In this document: piece by piece, positions 42,119 to 51,298 of the stretch
How positions within the stretch are numbered: position 1 is the stretch's first letter
How the letters are laid out: the number at the start of each line of letters is the position of its first letter
Assembly: GCA_035454885.1 (NCBI GenBank)
Contig: DATIGE010000056.1
Coordinates: 9,290-73,289, forward strand
Length of the DNA: 64,000 bases
Source of the DNA: a bacterium
GTDB taxonomy: Bacteria; UBA10199; JACPAL01; GCA-016699445
Reading direction: 5' to 3'
Notes under the pieces: generated by a model
What the model saw: the letters and a program-made list of their open reading frames with translations, nothing else
Database searches by the model: none
What the model was told of the DNA's origin: nothing
Made by a program: the position numbers and the translations under genes

Positions 42119-42192
42119 TCGGGGCGACTGGATTTGAACCAGCAACCCCCTGCTCCCAAAGCAGGTGCTCTACCAGGTTGAGCTACGCCCCG
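42119..42192 (-). tRNA. tRNA-Pro (anticodon UGG), CCA not encoded
   Basis: The reverse complement CGGGGCGTAGCTCAACCTGGTAGAGCACCTGCTTTGGGAGCAGGGGGTTGCTGGTTCAAATCCAGTCGCCCCGA folds as a cloverleaf. It has acceptor CGGGGCG/CGCCCCG, D stem GCTC/GAGC, anticodon stem CCTGC/GCAGG with loop TTTGGGA, and a TTCAAAT T-loop. Confidence 0.9.
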
Positions 42193-42313
42193 TACCTTCA
42201 GAGAAAACTATAAATGATCGGGACAGTCCCTACCATCAATCTTCTACAGGGAGAGGGACGCCCCGAATGTCATGGAAGGTAACAGCAGAAGGCTGAACGG
42301 GTCAATTCTTGCG

Positions 42314-44779
42314 TCAGGCGTTCGCTGTCTTTGCGGTCTTGACGGAAACCTTTCCCAGATACTCGTCCTGCGAGAAGTCGTCGACCGTGATGGCGTCCAG
42401 CCGCATCTCGTCGGCCTTTTTCAAGTTCTCGGCCTCGGCCTCCGTGATCACCTTCGCCTTGAGGGCCTCCTCCACCAACTTCGGTCCCTTGACCTTGGGC
42501 AGTTTCTTCTCTTTGATCGCCTTGCGGATCTTCTTCTCGGTGCCCTCCGCCACCTTGACGACCTTGAAGGTGTCCTCCAGCCGCTTCAGGGCCTCGCCCT
42601 CCCGCTTGGGAACGTAGATGCCTTCCGTCATCCGGAGGCGTTGCTCGCCGTCGGTCTGGATGAGGCGCGCGATCTCGCGGGTCACGTGGTCGGCCGGCTC
42701 GTCCTCCAGGGCGTTCACATGCGACCAGGCGCGGACGACCGTGCGAAAAAACCAACCCAGCCCCAAGGGACCCCCGATGTTTTCAAAGATGCCGTCAAAC
42801 GCACGCTGAATCTTGGCCAGCGCCTGCTGGAGACAGAAATGGACGAACGGCAGGTCCTCCTTGCGGCTCCCTTCCGCCTCGAAGCGGCGGAGGACGCAGG
42901 TTCCCATGTACATCCACGAAAGAATGTCCGCGTAGCGTCCGGTGATTTTTTCGCGGAATTTGAGCGTCCCTCCCAGCATGCCCATCGCGACATCCGCCAT
43001 GACGGCAAAGGAGGCCGAGATCCACGCGATCTTGCGATAATATTGGGAGACGGGGCCGCCCACGGGGGAGCCGGCGAGCCCGCCGCGGGTCGCGCTCAAG
43101 AGAGCCGCGCGGCAGAGGTTCCGAACCACGTGGCCGACATGGCCCCACAGGGCCCGGTCGAAGTCGGCGAGATCTCCCTTTTCGATGGCGGCCACCTCGC
43201 GAAATGCGAAGGGATGCGCGCGCATCGCACCCTGCCCGAAGATGATCAAGGTGCGGGTCATGATGTTTGCGCCCTCGACGGTGATGGCGATCGGAGAGCC
43301 CATGTACCCGTGGGCCAGAAGATTCCGGGGTCCGCGCGAGATGCCCGCGCCGCCGAGGATGTCCATGCCGTCGTTCCAAATGCTTCGCGCGAGTTCCGTC
43401 GTATTGTACTTGGCCATGGCGGTGATGACCGGAGGCTTGATGCCCTGGTCGATCGCCCCGCAGGTAAAGCGGCGCACCGCCTCGATCAGGTAGTTGTAAC
43501 CGCCGATCCGGGACAAAGGCTCCTCGATTCCTTCGAACGAACCGATCGGCACGCCGAACTGCTTGCGGATGCTCGCGTGGGCGCTCGCGACGCGCGCGGT
43601 GAGCTTCGCCGCGCCGGCCGACTGAGCCGGAAGGGAAATACCGCGCCCCGCGGCGAGCGATTCCATGAGCATCTGCCAGCCGCGCCCGGCCCATTCCAGG
43701 CCGCCGATGATGGCCTCCTCGGCCGGGACAATCACGTCGTGGCCCTGGGTGGGACAGTTGTAAAACGGCACGCCCAGGGGATCGTGCCGCCGGCCTAGGA
43801 CGACGCCCTTGGTCTTCGAGGGAATGAGGGCGCAGGTAATCCCCACTTCCTCCTCCCCCTTGCCCAGGAGATTGTCGGGGTCCTTGAGCCGGAAGGCGAG
43901 GCCCAAGACCGTGGAGATGGCGGCGAGCGTGATCCATCGCTTGTTCCAGTTGAGCCTCAGGTAGAGCCTGCCATCGTCTCCCTTAAAAAGGACGCCGCTG
44001 GACGTGATCGACCCCGCGTCGCTGCCCGCCATGGGCTCCGTGAGAGCGAAGCAGGGAATCTCGTCGCCGGTGGCGAGCCTCGGCAGGTATTTCTTCTTCT
44101 GCGGCTCGGTGCCGTAATGAATCAGTAACTCGGCGGGCCCGAGGGAATTGGGCACCATGGCCGTCACACAGAGCGGCACGCAGCGGCTCCCCAATTTTTG
44201 CAAGACCGCGCTGTGAGCCAATGCCGAGAAACCAAGCCCCCCGTACTCTTTCGGAATCACCATCCCGAAGAACCGCTCCTTCTTCAAAAGATCCCAGGCT
44301 TCCGGCGGAAGTTGGCGCTCCTGATAGACCCTCCAATCGTCCGTCACCGCACAAACCTTTTCGACCGGGCCATCCAGAAACGCTTTTTCCTCCGCCGTCA
44401 GCTCGGGATAGGGCTCCTTCAGAATGCCTTTGAAGTTCGGCTTGCCGGAAAAGAGGTCCTTTTCGATCCAGACGACGCCGGCCTCCAGCGCCGTTCGTTC
44501 GGTCTCGGAGATCTTCGGCATGAAACCCTTCATCAGCTTCATGATGCCGCTTGTCACGAGTATCCTCCGCAACGGCCTCACGTTGAAGACCACGGCCAGT
44601 GCGAGAAGGCCGTAGAGAACCGGAAGGGGCGCGCCAAAACCAATGAGCATCGCCGCCAGGGCCAGGGTCCAAATCAGAAGCGGCGATCCGGTATACCCGA
44701 GCACAAGAACGAGAAGGATGGACCCGACGATCCACCAGGTGAGCTGCGGTCCAAGAAACCAGCCCAAGTAGGAACCCAT
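42314..44779 (-). CDS. fadE: large membrane-associated acyl-CoA dehydrogenase (FadE type)
   Basis: 821 aa. It is colinear with E. coli FadE as I remember it: N-terminal hydrophobic helices, then blocks such as LTAEE.AFLDGPVE, NSLGP.ELL..YGT, EIPCFALT.P.AGSDA, ITVEGANI.TR and FGQGA.R.HP. Confidence 0.9.
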   Translation of the reverse strand: MGSYLGWFLGPQLTWWIVGSILLVLVLGYTGSPLLIWTLALAAMLIGFGAPLPVLYGLLALAVVFNVRPLRRILVTSGIMKLMKGFMPKISETERTALEAGVVWIEKDLFSGKPNFKGILKEPYPELTAEEKAFLDGPVEKVCAVTDDWRVYQERQLPPEAWDLLKKERFFGMVIPKEYGGLGFSALAHSAVLQKLGSRCVPLCVTAMVPNSLGPAELLIHYGTEPQKKKYLPRLATGDEIPCFALTEPMAGSDAGSITSSGVLFKGDDGRLYLRLNWNKRWITLAAISTVLGLAFRLKDPDNLLGKGEEEVGITCALIPSKTKGVVLGRRHDPLGVPFYNCPTQGHDVIVPAEEAIIGGLEWAGRGWQMLMESLAAGRGISLPAQSAGAAKLTARVASAHASIRKQFGVPIGSFEGIEEPLSRIGGYNYLIEAVRRFTCGAIDQGIKPPVITAMAKYNTTELARSIWNDGMDILGGAGISRGPRNLLAHGYMGSPIAITVEGANIMTRTLIIFGQGAMRAHPFAFREVAAIEKGDLADFDRALWGHVGHVVRNLCRAALLSATRGGLAGSPVGGPVSQYYRKIAWISASFAVMADVAMGMLGGTLKFREKITGRYADILSWMYMGTCVLRRFEAEGSRKEDLPFVHFCLQQALAKIQRAFDGIFENIGGPLGLGWFFRTVVRAWSHVNALEDEPADHVTREIARLIQTDGEQRLRMTEGIYVPKREGEALKRLEDTFKVVKVAEGTEKKIRKAIKEKKLPKVKGPKLVEEALKAKVITEAEAENLKKADEMRLDAITVDDFSQDEYLGKVSVKTAKTANA

Positions 44780-44847
44780 GAGAAACCCCCTAGGATCGGG
44801 AAAGCGTCAGGTGACCCAGATTATCGGGCTCAGGCATGGATATCTAT

Positions 44848-45450
44848 TCATTTCTTGAAACTTGCCGACTGCAAACGATCCTTCAGGAGTCGAAGGGCGC
44901 GTCCCCGATGGCTGATCCCATTTTTTTCCTGGAGGCCAAGTTCGGCCGTCGTCTTGCCCAGCGACGGGACGAAAAAAAGGGGGTCGTAGCCGAACCCGCC
45001 CGACCCACGGGGAACGGTCGTGATCCGGCCTTCCACGCGGCCTTCCGCGACGAGCTCCCGTCCATCGGGATGGGCCAACACCAACACGCAGACGAAGGCC
45101 GCTCCCCTCTTCCCTTCCGGAACACCCTCCAACTCCGCCAACAGCTTTCGCCGGTTATCCTCATCCGTGGCGGTCTCACCGGCGTAACGGGCGGAATGCA
45201 CTCCGGGGCGGCCCCCCAAGACTTCGACAACAATCCCGCTGTCATCCGCCAATGTCCGCCGGCCCGACCAACGGGCCAGCGCATGGGCCTTCTTGCGGGC
45301 GTTCTCCAAGAAGGTCTCCCCGTCTTCCATGACCGAAGGGGCGCCGGACAAATCACGCAAAGATTGGAGCCGGAACGGGAGTCCTTTGAAAAATGCGGAG
45401 ATCTCGACGAATTTGCCCTGGTTGGTCGTGGCGACCAGGAGGTCTTCCAT
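44848..45450 (-). CDS. rdgB: non-canonical purine NTP pyrophosphatase (RdgB/HAM1)
   Basis: ATTNQGKFVE, the EDGETFLENA-type block and GFGYDPLF. Confidence 0.9.
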   Translation of the reverse strand: MEDLLVATTNQGKFVEISAFFKGLPFRLQSLRDLSGAPSVMEDGETFLENARKKAHALARWSGRRTLADDSGIVVEVLGGRPGVHSARYAGETATDEDNRRKLLAELEGVPEGKRGAAFVCVLVLAHPDGRELVAEGRVEGRITTVPRGSGGFGYDPLFFVPSLGKTTAELGLQEKNGISHRGRALRLLKDRLQSASFKK

Positions 45451-45453
45451 GGG

Positions 45454-46821
45454 TCAGTACGGGGGCGGGGTGGCTTCGAAATCGCGGGCGAGATTCTCGA
45501 ACCGCGTAAACGGACCCAGGAAGGCCAGGCGGACGTCGCCGATGGGCCCGTTGCGCTGCTTGCCGATGATGACCTCGGCGATGCCCTTGTTGACGGTGTC
45601 GCGGTCGTAAACTTCTTCCCGGAAAAGAAACATGATCACGTCGGCGTCCTGCTCGATGGCGCCCGACTCGCGGAGGTCGGCCAGGATGGGCTTGGGGGGT
45701 TTCCGGTTCTCGACCATGCGGTTCAACTGCGAGAGAGCGATGATGGGGATGTTGAGCTCTTTGGCCAGGGCCTTGAGCGACCGGGAGATCTCGGAGATCT
45801 CGCGCTCGCGGCTGTCCATGGAGGTGATGCCCCGCATGAGCTGAAGGTAGTCGACGACGATCAGGCCCAACCCTTTCTCCTTCTGGAGACGCCGCGCCTT
45901 GGCGCGCATTTCCAAAATATTCATGGCGGGGGTGTCGTCCACGAAGATCGGCGCGTCGGAGAGATCCCCGCAGGCCTGCGTGAGGCGCGGCCAGTCCGAC
46001 TCGGAAAGAAATCCGCCCCGGATCTTGGACGAATCGATCCGCGCCTCCATGCACAGCATGCGCTGGGCGAGCTGTTCCTTGGACATTTCGAGCGAGAAGA
46101 TCGCGGAGGGGATCTTTCGCTGCAAAGCGGCGTGCGCCGCGATGCAGAGGGCGAAGGCGGTCTTTCCCATGCTGGGACGGCCCGCGACGATGATCAGATC
46201 CGAGGGCTGCAATCCCGCCGTCAGGCGGTCGAGCTCCAAAAAGCCCGTCGGAACGCCGGTCACCATCTCCTTGCGCTCGAAGAGCATTTCGATCGTCTTG
46301 AAGCTCTGCTTGACGATGTCCTTCATGGGGAAGAAGCCCTGCTTGATGCGTCTTTGAGCGATGTCGAAGACGATCTTTTCGGACTGGTCGAGAAACTGCT
46401 CGACGTCTTCGTTCGCCTCGTAGCCGCGCGCCACGATTTCGGTGGCCCCCTGGATCAGGCGCCTCAAAATGGCCTTCTCACGGATGATCTTGGCGTAGCT
46501 GGCCGAGTGGGCCGCGGTCGGAATGCCGTCCACGAGGAGCGAGAGGTAGGCCGAGCCGCCGACGTCCTCGAGGTCGCCCCTCCCTTTGAGGGTGTTGGTG
46601 AGCGTGATCAGGTCGATCGGCTCCCCGCGCTCGGAAAGCTCCAGCATCGCCCGGAAAATCCGGCGGTGGGATTCCCGGTAGAAATCGTCCGGCTCCACGA
46701 ACTCGATGACGCGGTTGATCGCGTCGTTCTCGATCATGATCCCGCCCAGGACGGATTGCTCCGCCTCCAGGCTTTGTGGCGGCAGCCGGCTCGCGATGGA
46801 TTCTACCTTCGTGGCTTCCAT
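45454..46821 (-). CDS. dnaB: replicative DNA helicase DnaB
   Basis: PQSLEAEQSVLGG N-terminal motif, Walker A AGRPSMGKTAF, LIVVDYLQLM and IIALSQLNR. Confidence 0.95.
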   Translation of the reverse strand: MEATKVESIASRLPPQSLEAEQSVLGGIMIENDAINRVIEFVEPDDFYRESHRRIFRAMLELSERGEPIDLITLTNTLKGRGDLEDVGGSAYLSLLVDGIPTAAHSASYAKIIREKAILRRLIQGATEIVARGYEANEDVEQFLDQSEKIVFDIAQRRIKQGFFPMKDIVKQSFKTIEMLFERKEMVTGVPTGFLELDRLTAGLQPSDLIIVAGRPSMGKTAFALCIAAHAALQRKIPSAIFSLEMSKEQLAQRMLCMEARIDSSKIRGGFLSESDWPRLTQACGDLSDAPIFVDDTPAMNILEMRAKARRLQKEKGLGLIVVDYLQLMRGITSMDSREREISEISRSLKALAKELNIPIIALSQLNRMVENRKPPKPILADLRESGAIEQDADVIMFLFREEVYDRDTVNKGIAEVIIGKQRNGPIGDVRLAFLGPFTRFENLARDFEATPPPY

Positions 46822-46824
46822 GGC

Positions 46825-47268
46825 TTATTTTTTGACGACCGTGATCTTCAGGGGGGCCACCACCTCGTGCTGGAGATGGATCTCGACGGTGTACTCCCCG
46901 ACGTTGCGGAGAGGTTCCTTGATGCGGATGAGGCGGCGGTCGAGCTTGATCCCCTGGGCTTCCAAGGCGGCGGCGATGTCCCGCGTCGAAACCGAGCCGA
47001 AAATCTTGTCTTCCTCTCCGGCCTGCTTCTCCAGCGTCACCGTCAAGGCGGCGATCTTCTGTGCCTGATCCTCAGCCTCCTTTTTCGCCTTCTCGCGCTT
47101 GGCCTCGATGACCTGCTTCTCCTGCTCCAGTTTCTTCAAGCTCCCCGGCGTCGCGATGATCGCCTTTTTTCGGGGCAAGAGGAAATTGCGGCCGTAACCT
47201 TCCGAGACCTTGACCACGTCCCCCGCGCGGCCCAGCGACGGAATATCTTCACGAAGAATGATCTGCAT
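46825..47268 (-). CDS. rplI: 50S ribosomal protein L9
   Basis: The start is set at ATG 47268 (GGAGGG RBS), giving MQIILREDIPSLGRAGDVVKVSEGYGRNFLLP. Confidence 0.9.
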   Translation of the reverse strand: MQIILREDIPSLGRAGDVVKVSEGYGRNFLLPRKKAIIATPGSLKKLEQEKQVIEAKREKAKKEAEDQAQKIAALTVTLEKQAGEEDKIFGSVSTRDIAAALEAQGIKLDRRLIRIKEPLRNVGEYTVEIHLQHEVVAPLKITVVKK

Positions 47269-47288
47269 GGAACCCTCCAAAAAACGCG

Positions 47289-48275
47289 TTAGGCTACCTT
47301 TTTCAACTTTCGAAAATCAAACCAAAAATCCGAAACTCCGACCGCCGCGAGGACAACCAGACCGACTTGGAGAAAGATGAAGAAAATCAGGTATCCGGCC
47401 AACCTCATGAGAGGCGAGAGGCGGGTCCGGAAAAAGAAAGACGCGACGGAAAGGCCTTGAAAAATAGAGACGGCCGCCAAGACGATGAGGGCATTCAGTG
47501 CGATGATGCCCAACACAGGCGACTCAACCGCGTAGACATTCAAAAAGTAGACGGCTCCGGCTCCGATCGGGGCCCAGATCCATATTTCTTTCAGGCGCCA
47601 GAGGCCGAAGTCGGGCCAGTTGGGAAAAAGCCTCTCCTCACGGGTCCAGCGCCGCAGAAAAAGCACGGTCAGGCTCAAGACAGCGAGCGTCAGGTCGATC
47701 CAGAGGGACGGCAGGACCTGGAGAAAACGGGTCACGACCAGCGGGGCCGACGCCCTCAGGAACGCGGCATCCTCCTCCCCCAACCCGGCGGACTGCTGCA
47801 GGTCGATCATGCGGCGGAACAGGTCCTGAAGCCCCGTCCCCACGTTCTGCCAAAGATCCATCTTGGCCGTGACGGCGAACACGAAAAGGCCGGCGACGGG
47901 AACGGCCAGTCCCAGAACCGTCATCCAGGCGACGGACGGCTCCAGGGACGACCAGCGGCCGGTCCGGCGCGAGGAATAGGCCGCAATCCACCCCAGCCAG
48001 AGATAGTACGAGAGATAGGCGACGCTCAAAGCCAGGACGCCCCGGAGGGACACCGAAGGGTGGAAAACCATCATCGGCAGGAACGTCAGCGGCTCCCCGG
48101 GCAAACGGTACAGGGCGACCAGCGCCACCAGCGAAACGGCGGAGACGACGAGGGCCGCTCCCATCCCCTTGCGGATGAACGCCAAGGCAACGGGAAGCGG
48201 CGTAAAGACGACCAAGAGGCCCGTCAGAAAAAGGACGAGCGTGAGTCCCGTCGAAAGGGCGATGGCGAGGAACAT
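47289..48275 (-). CDS. polytopic membrane protein, DUF2232/YybS-like by position and topology
   Basis: About 8 hydrophobic helices. It sits between rpsR and rplI, as yybS does in Bacillus. The assignment rests on synteny and topology only. Confidence 0.55.
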   Translation of the reverse strand: MFLAIALSTGLTLVLFLTGLLVVFTPLPVALAFIRKGMGAALVVSAVSLVALVALYRLPGEPLTFLPMMVFHPSVSLRGVLALSVAYLSYYLWLGWIAAYSSRRTGRWSSLEPSVAWMTVLGLAVPVAGLFVFAVTAKMDLWQNVGTGLQDLFRRMIDLQQSAGLGEEDAAFLRASAPLVVTRFLQVLPSLWIDLTLAVLSLTVLFLRRWTREERLFPNWPDFGLWRLKEIWIWAPIGAGAVYFLNVYAVESPVLGIIALNALIVLAAVSIFQGLSVASFFFRTRLSPLMRLAGYLIFFIFLQVGLVVLAAVGVSDFWFDFRKLKKVA

Positions 48276-48284
48276 GCGGGCCTT

Positions 48285-48524
48285 TTAAGGCTGGTAATTC
48301 GCCGTGAACGGAAGAAGCGCCAGAATACGCGCCCTCTTCACGGCCTCCTGGACCCGGCGCTGGTGGTAGGCGCAGTTGCCGGTCACGCGGCGGGGGATGA
48401 TCTTCCCGCGCTCGGTCACAAAGGATGAGAGCAGCTTGGGCTCCTTGTAATCCAGGTAGATTTGATGATCGCTGCAAAAACGGCAGACCTTCTTCTTGGT
48501 TCTCCGTGCCGGTGCTGTGCTCAT
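48285..48524 (-). CDS. rpsR: 30S ribosomal protein S18
   Basis: CRFC...IDYK....L..F....GKI.PRR.TG....HQR.....IKRAR..ALLP pattern; 79 aa. Confidence 0.95.
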   Translation of the reverse strand: MSTAPARRTKKKVCRFCSDHQIYLDYKEPKLLSSFVTERGKIIPRRVTGNCAYHQRRVQEAVKRARILALLPFTANYQP

Positions 48525-48907
48525 GTCGTCACCTCCTGATGCGGATGCATCTCCTTACCATGCGGCTCCTTATGCATGCCGGGACGGGGTTCTTCGCGGA
48601 TGTCACGGCGCTGCACCTCCTTCACCGTGAGGAAGCGAATCACGTCCTCCGACAGTCTCAGATGGCGCTCCAGCTCCTCGACCACCTGTCCGCCGCCCTG
48701 GTAGTTCAACTGAAAATAATGGCCCTTGGTGTGCTTGGCGATGCGGTAGGCCAGCGGCTTCTTGCCCAAATCCCTGGTCTCGTCCAACTTGCCCTGGAAC
48801 CTCGCCACCACCTCAACGATCTTGTCGTTGATCTTCTTCTCGGCCTCATCCGTGATGTCCGCCCTCAGGATGTAGATCGTTTCGTACTTCCGTGCTTTCT
48901 CGCTCAT
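48521..48907 (-). CDS. rpsF: 30S ribosomal protein S6 with a His/Glu/Pro-rich C-terminal extension
   Basis: The start is set at ATG 48907 ([17 protein letters not shown]...), which overlaps the pth stop as ATGA. The longer 260-aa track ORF adds a Gly/Arg-rich extension across pth. Confidence 0.9.
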   Translation of the reverse strand: MSEKARKYETIYILRADITDEAEKKINDKIVEVVARFQGKLDETRDLGKKPLAYRIAKHTKGHYFQLNYQGGGQVVEELERHLRLSEDVIRFLTVKEVQRRDIREEPRPGMHKEPHGKEMHPHQEVTT

Positions 48908-49437
48908 TTTGCCTCCCGAATCCATGATTCCAAAAGACCGACGGCTTCTTCCGTCATGGCCTCCACCGCCTCCCGCTCGCCCTTCGCGAAGGGAGACAGA
49001 ACAAATCCTTCGACATCCTCTTTCGCCTGCGGACGCCCGATCCCCATCCGGACCCTGCGAAACGCCTTCGTGCCCAGGTGATCGATGATCGCACTCACGC
49101 CCCGATGCCCCGCCGCGCCCGACTCGAAATCCCATTTGACCCGGCCCAGGGCCAGGTCCAGGTCGTCGTGGGCGACCGCCAGATCGCCCGGGCCCAACCG
49201 GTAATAGTCCAGGGCCTCGCGCACCGCCCTTCCCGACAGGTTCATGTAGGTCTGCGGGAGGAGAAACAGGACGTCCGCGCCGCCGACCGAACCCTTCGCC
49301 CACAGGGAGGAAAAACCCTTTTTGGAGATCCGGACTCCATGGCGATCCGCCAATCTCTCGATGACGTCAAAGCCGACATTATGGCGGGTTCCCTGATATT
49401 TTTCCCCGGGATTCCCCAAACCAACAACGAGCTTCAT
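48904..49437 (-). CDS. pth: peptidyl-tRNA hydrolase
   Basis: MKLVVGLGNPGEKYQGTRHNVGF and the GGHNG-equivalent AAGHRGV block. Confidence 0.9.
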   Translation of the reverse strand: MKLVVGLGNPGEKYQGTRHNVGFDVIERLADRHGVRISKKGFSSLWAKGSVGGADVLFLLPQTYMNLSGRAVREALDYYRLGPGDLAVAHDDLDLALGRVKWDFESGAAGHRGVSAIIDHLGTKAFRRVRMGIGRPQAKEDVEGFVLSPFAKGEREAVEAMTEEAVGLLESWIREAK

Positions 49438-50163
49438 TTACTTCTTTTCCGGTTTGGCCTCTCCGCCTCCGGCGGATTTCGCCTTGGCCTCGGGCTTGGC
49501 TTCCGCCTTTGCGCCCGGGGCGGCCTCACCGCCCGCCGGGGCCGCCGCCGCACCCTCCGCCGGGGCCGCTTCCACCGCCGGGGCCGCCACTTCCTCTTCG
49601 CGCGGGGTGACGACCGACACGATCGGCTGATCCGCTCCGGTCACCGCCTCGACGCCTTCCGGAAGAACGAGGTCCTTGGTATGGACGGCTTGACCGATGT
49701 CCAGCGGCGTGATGTCGACGTCGATCCTCTCGGGGATGTTCCCGGGAAGGCATCGCACCTCGATCTCGCGGTTGGCCTGTTCCAGCAAGCCGCCGTTGGT
49801 GACGCCCACCGACTTGCCCACGACGTGAATGGGCACCTTGACCACGATCTTCTGCGTCATGTCGATCTTCAAGAGGTCGAGATGGGAGATGACGTGACGG
49901 AGGGCGTCCGTCTGGAAGTCCTTCACCATGACGACGAGCTGGCTGGCCTTGCCTCCCGCACTCAGGCTCAGGTCGATCAGGGCGTTCATGCCGGATGCCC
50001 CCTTCATCATGTGCGTGAATTCCTTGGTGGGGAGGGAGAGATTGACCGGTTTTTCGCCGCGGCCGTACAGGACCGCCGGTATCCGCCCGTCCTTGCGGAG
50101 CCGGCGGTTCAGCCCCTTGCGCCCCGACTCACGAACTTCCGCTGCTATTTTTAACCTTTCCAT
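49438..50163 (-). CDS. rplY: 50S ribosomal protein L25 / general stress protein Ctc
   Basis: The N-terminal R..G....RRLR..G.IPAV.YG pattern, a two-domain Ctc-type length and an Ala/Glu/Lys-rich tail. Confidence 0.9.
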   Translation of the reverse strand: MERLKIAAEVRESGRKGLNRRLRKDGRIPAVLYGRGEKPVNLSLPTKEFTHMMKGASGMNALIDLSLSAGGKASQLVVMVKDFQTDALRHVISHLDLLKIDMTQKIVVKVPIHVVGKSVGVTNGGLLEQANREIEVRCLPGNIPERIDVDITPLDIGQAVHTKDLVLPEGVEAVTGADQPIVSVVTPREEEVAAPAVEAAPAEGAAAAPAGGEAAPGAKAEAKPEAKAKSAGGGEAKPEKK

Positions 50164-50175
50164 AGTGACTCCTGG

Positions 50176-51129
50176 CTAGACGAACAGAGACGACACGGAT
50201 TCACCCGTATGAATCCGACGGATCGCCTCCGAGAGCAAATTGTCGACCGACAAAACCTTGATCTTGGGGCATTGCTTGACCTTGTCGCCCATCGGGATCG
50301 TGTCTGCGACCACCAGCGCCTCGATGGGGGACTCGTTGATGCGCTGGATCGCCGGCCCCGAGAGCACCCCGTGCGTGGAGATGGCCATCACCGACTTGGC
50401 CTTGTGGTTCATGATGGCCTTGGCCGCCTGGGTGAGCGTCCCCGCCGTGTCGCAGATGTCGTCGACGATCACGGCGTGCTTGCCGGAGACGTCGCCGATC
50501 AGGTTCATGACCTCCGACTGGTTCGGACCCGTCCGGCGCTTGTCGATGACCGCGAGCTCCACGTTCAACCGCTTGGCGTAGGCCCGCGCGCGCTCCGTGC
50601 CGCCGGCGTCCGGGGTCACCATGATGAGATCGTCCGGCGCGTTTCTCTCCTTCATCAACCAATCGAGAAAAATCGGCGTCGCGTAGAGATGGTCGAAGGG
50701 GATGTTGAAAAAACCCTGGATCTGGCCCGCATGCAGGTCCATCGCGAGCACGCGTTGCGTGCCCGCCGCCGTCAGGAGGTCCGCCACGAGCTTGGAGGTG
50801 ATCGGCGTGCGCGGCTGAACCTTTCGATCCTGGCGGGCATAACCGTAGTACGGTATCACCGCGGTGATCCGGTCGGCCGACGCCCGCTTGAGCGTGTCGA
50901 TGATGATCAGGAGCTCCATCAGGTTCTCGTTCACCGGCGCGCAGGTCGATTGAATGACGAAGACGTCCATGCCTCGGACGTTTTCCTGAACCTCGACGAA
51001 GATCTCCCCGTCCGCGAACCGCCGGATGGTCGACTTGCACAGGGGAACGCCGATGTCGTCCGCGATCTTCTGGGCAAGCTCCGGGTTGGCCGTCCCGGAG
51101 AAGATTTTCATTTGTTGGTAGATGGACAT
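50176..51129 (-). CDS. prs: ribose-phosphate pyrophosphokinase
   Basis: The start is set at ATG 51129 (MSIYQQMKIFSGTANPELA). DLHAGQIQGFF and the PRPP loop VIVDDICDTAGT are present. The track's longer start would run through tRNA-Gln. Confidence 0.95.
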   Translation of the reverse strand: MSIYQQMKIFSGTANPELAQKIADDIGVPLCKSTIRRFADGEIFVEVQENVRGMDVFVIQSTCAPVNENLMELLIIIDTLKRASADRITAVIPYYGYARQDRKVQPRTPITSKLVADLLTAAGTQRVLAMDLHAGQIQGFFNIPFDHLYATPIFLDWLMKERNAPDDLIMVTPDAGGTERARAYAKRLNVELAVIDKRRTGPNQSEVMNLIGDVSGKHAVIVDDICDTAGTLTQAAKAIMNHKAKSVMAISTHGVLSGPAIQRINESPIEALVVADTIPMGDKVKQCPKIKVLSVDNLLSEAIRRIHTGESVSSLFV

Positions 51130-51150
51130 TTCGTTTCTCTCATTCTCAAT

Positions 51151-51221
51151 CTCGGGGGCGTGGAATCGAACCACGATTAAGGGCTTCAAAGGCCCCTGTC
51201 CTACCGTTAGACGACCCCCGA
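51151..51221 (-). tRNA. tRNA-Gln (anticodon UUG), CCA not encoded
   Basis: The reverse complement TCGGGGGTCGTCTAACGGTAGGACAGGGGCCTTTGAAGCCCTTAATCGTGGTTCGATTCCACGCCCCCGAG has a U1-A72 acceptor pair and discriminator G as in bacterial tRNA-Gln. Anticodon loop CTTTGAA, T-arm CGTGG-TTCGATT-CCACG. Confidence 0.85.
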
Positions 51222-51230
51222 AAATAACTT

Positions 51231-51249
51231 CGAGGGGTTTCACCCCTCG
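51231..51249 (-). terminator. possible terminator hairpin downstream of ispE
   Basis: The minus strand reads CGAGGGG-TGAAA-CCCCTCG followed by AAGTTATTTT. The U-tract is short and interrupted, so this is tentative. Confidence 0.4.
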
Positions 51250-51298
51250 ACGCCTTCGGACCGGCAAAGCCGGATCCTCGGCTGCTCCCCAAGAGGGA

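Noticed and set aside
42272-43798. 508-aa plus-strand ORF
   Set aside because: It is antisense to fadE. It is a shadow ORF.
44819-44830. CCCGATAAT upstream of fadE (minus strand) resembling the cluster's -10 block
   Set aside because: There is no GCAAC-like block at the required 15-16 nt spacing (the nearest GCAAG is about 33 nt away). It is probably a chance match or an ordinary GATAAT -10.
44836-47292. 818-aa plus-strand ORF
   Set aside because: It is antisense to rdgB, dnaB and rplI, all confidently identified. It is a shadow ORF.
48908-49303. N-terminal extension of the rpsF ORF (260-aa version)
   Set aside because: It overlaps pth in another frame and is Gly/Arg-rich. S6 starts at [14 protein letters not shown] (ATG 48907).
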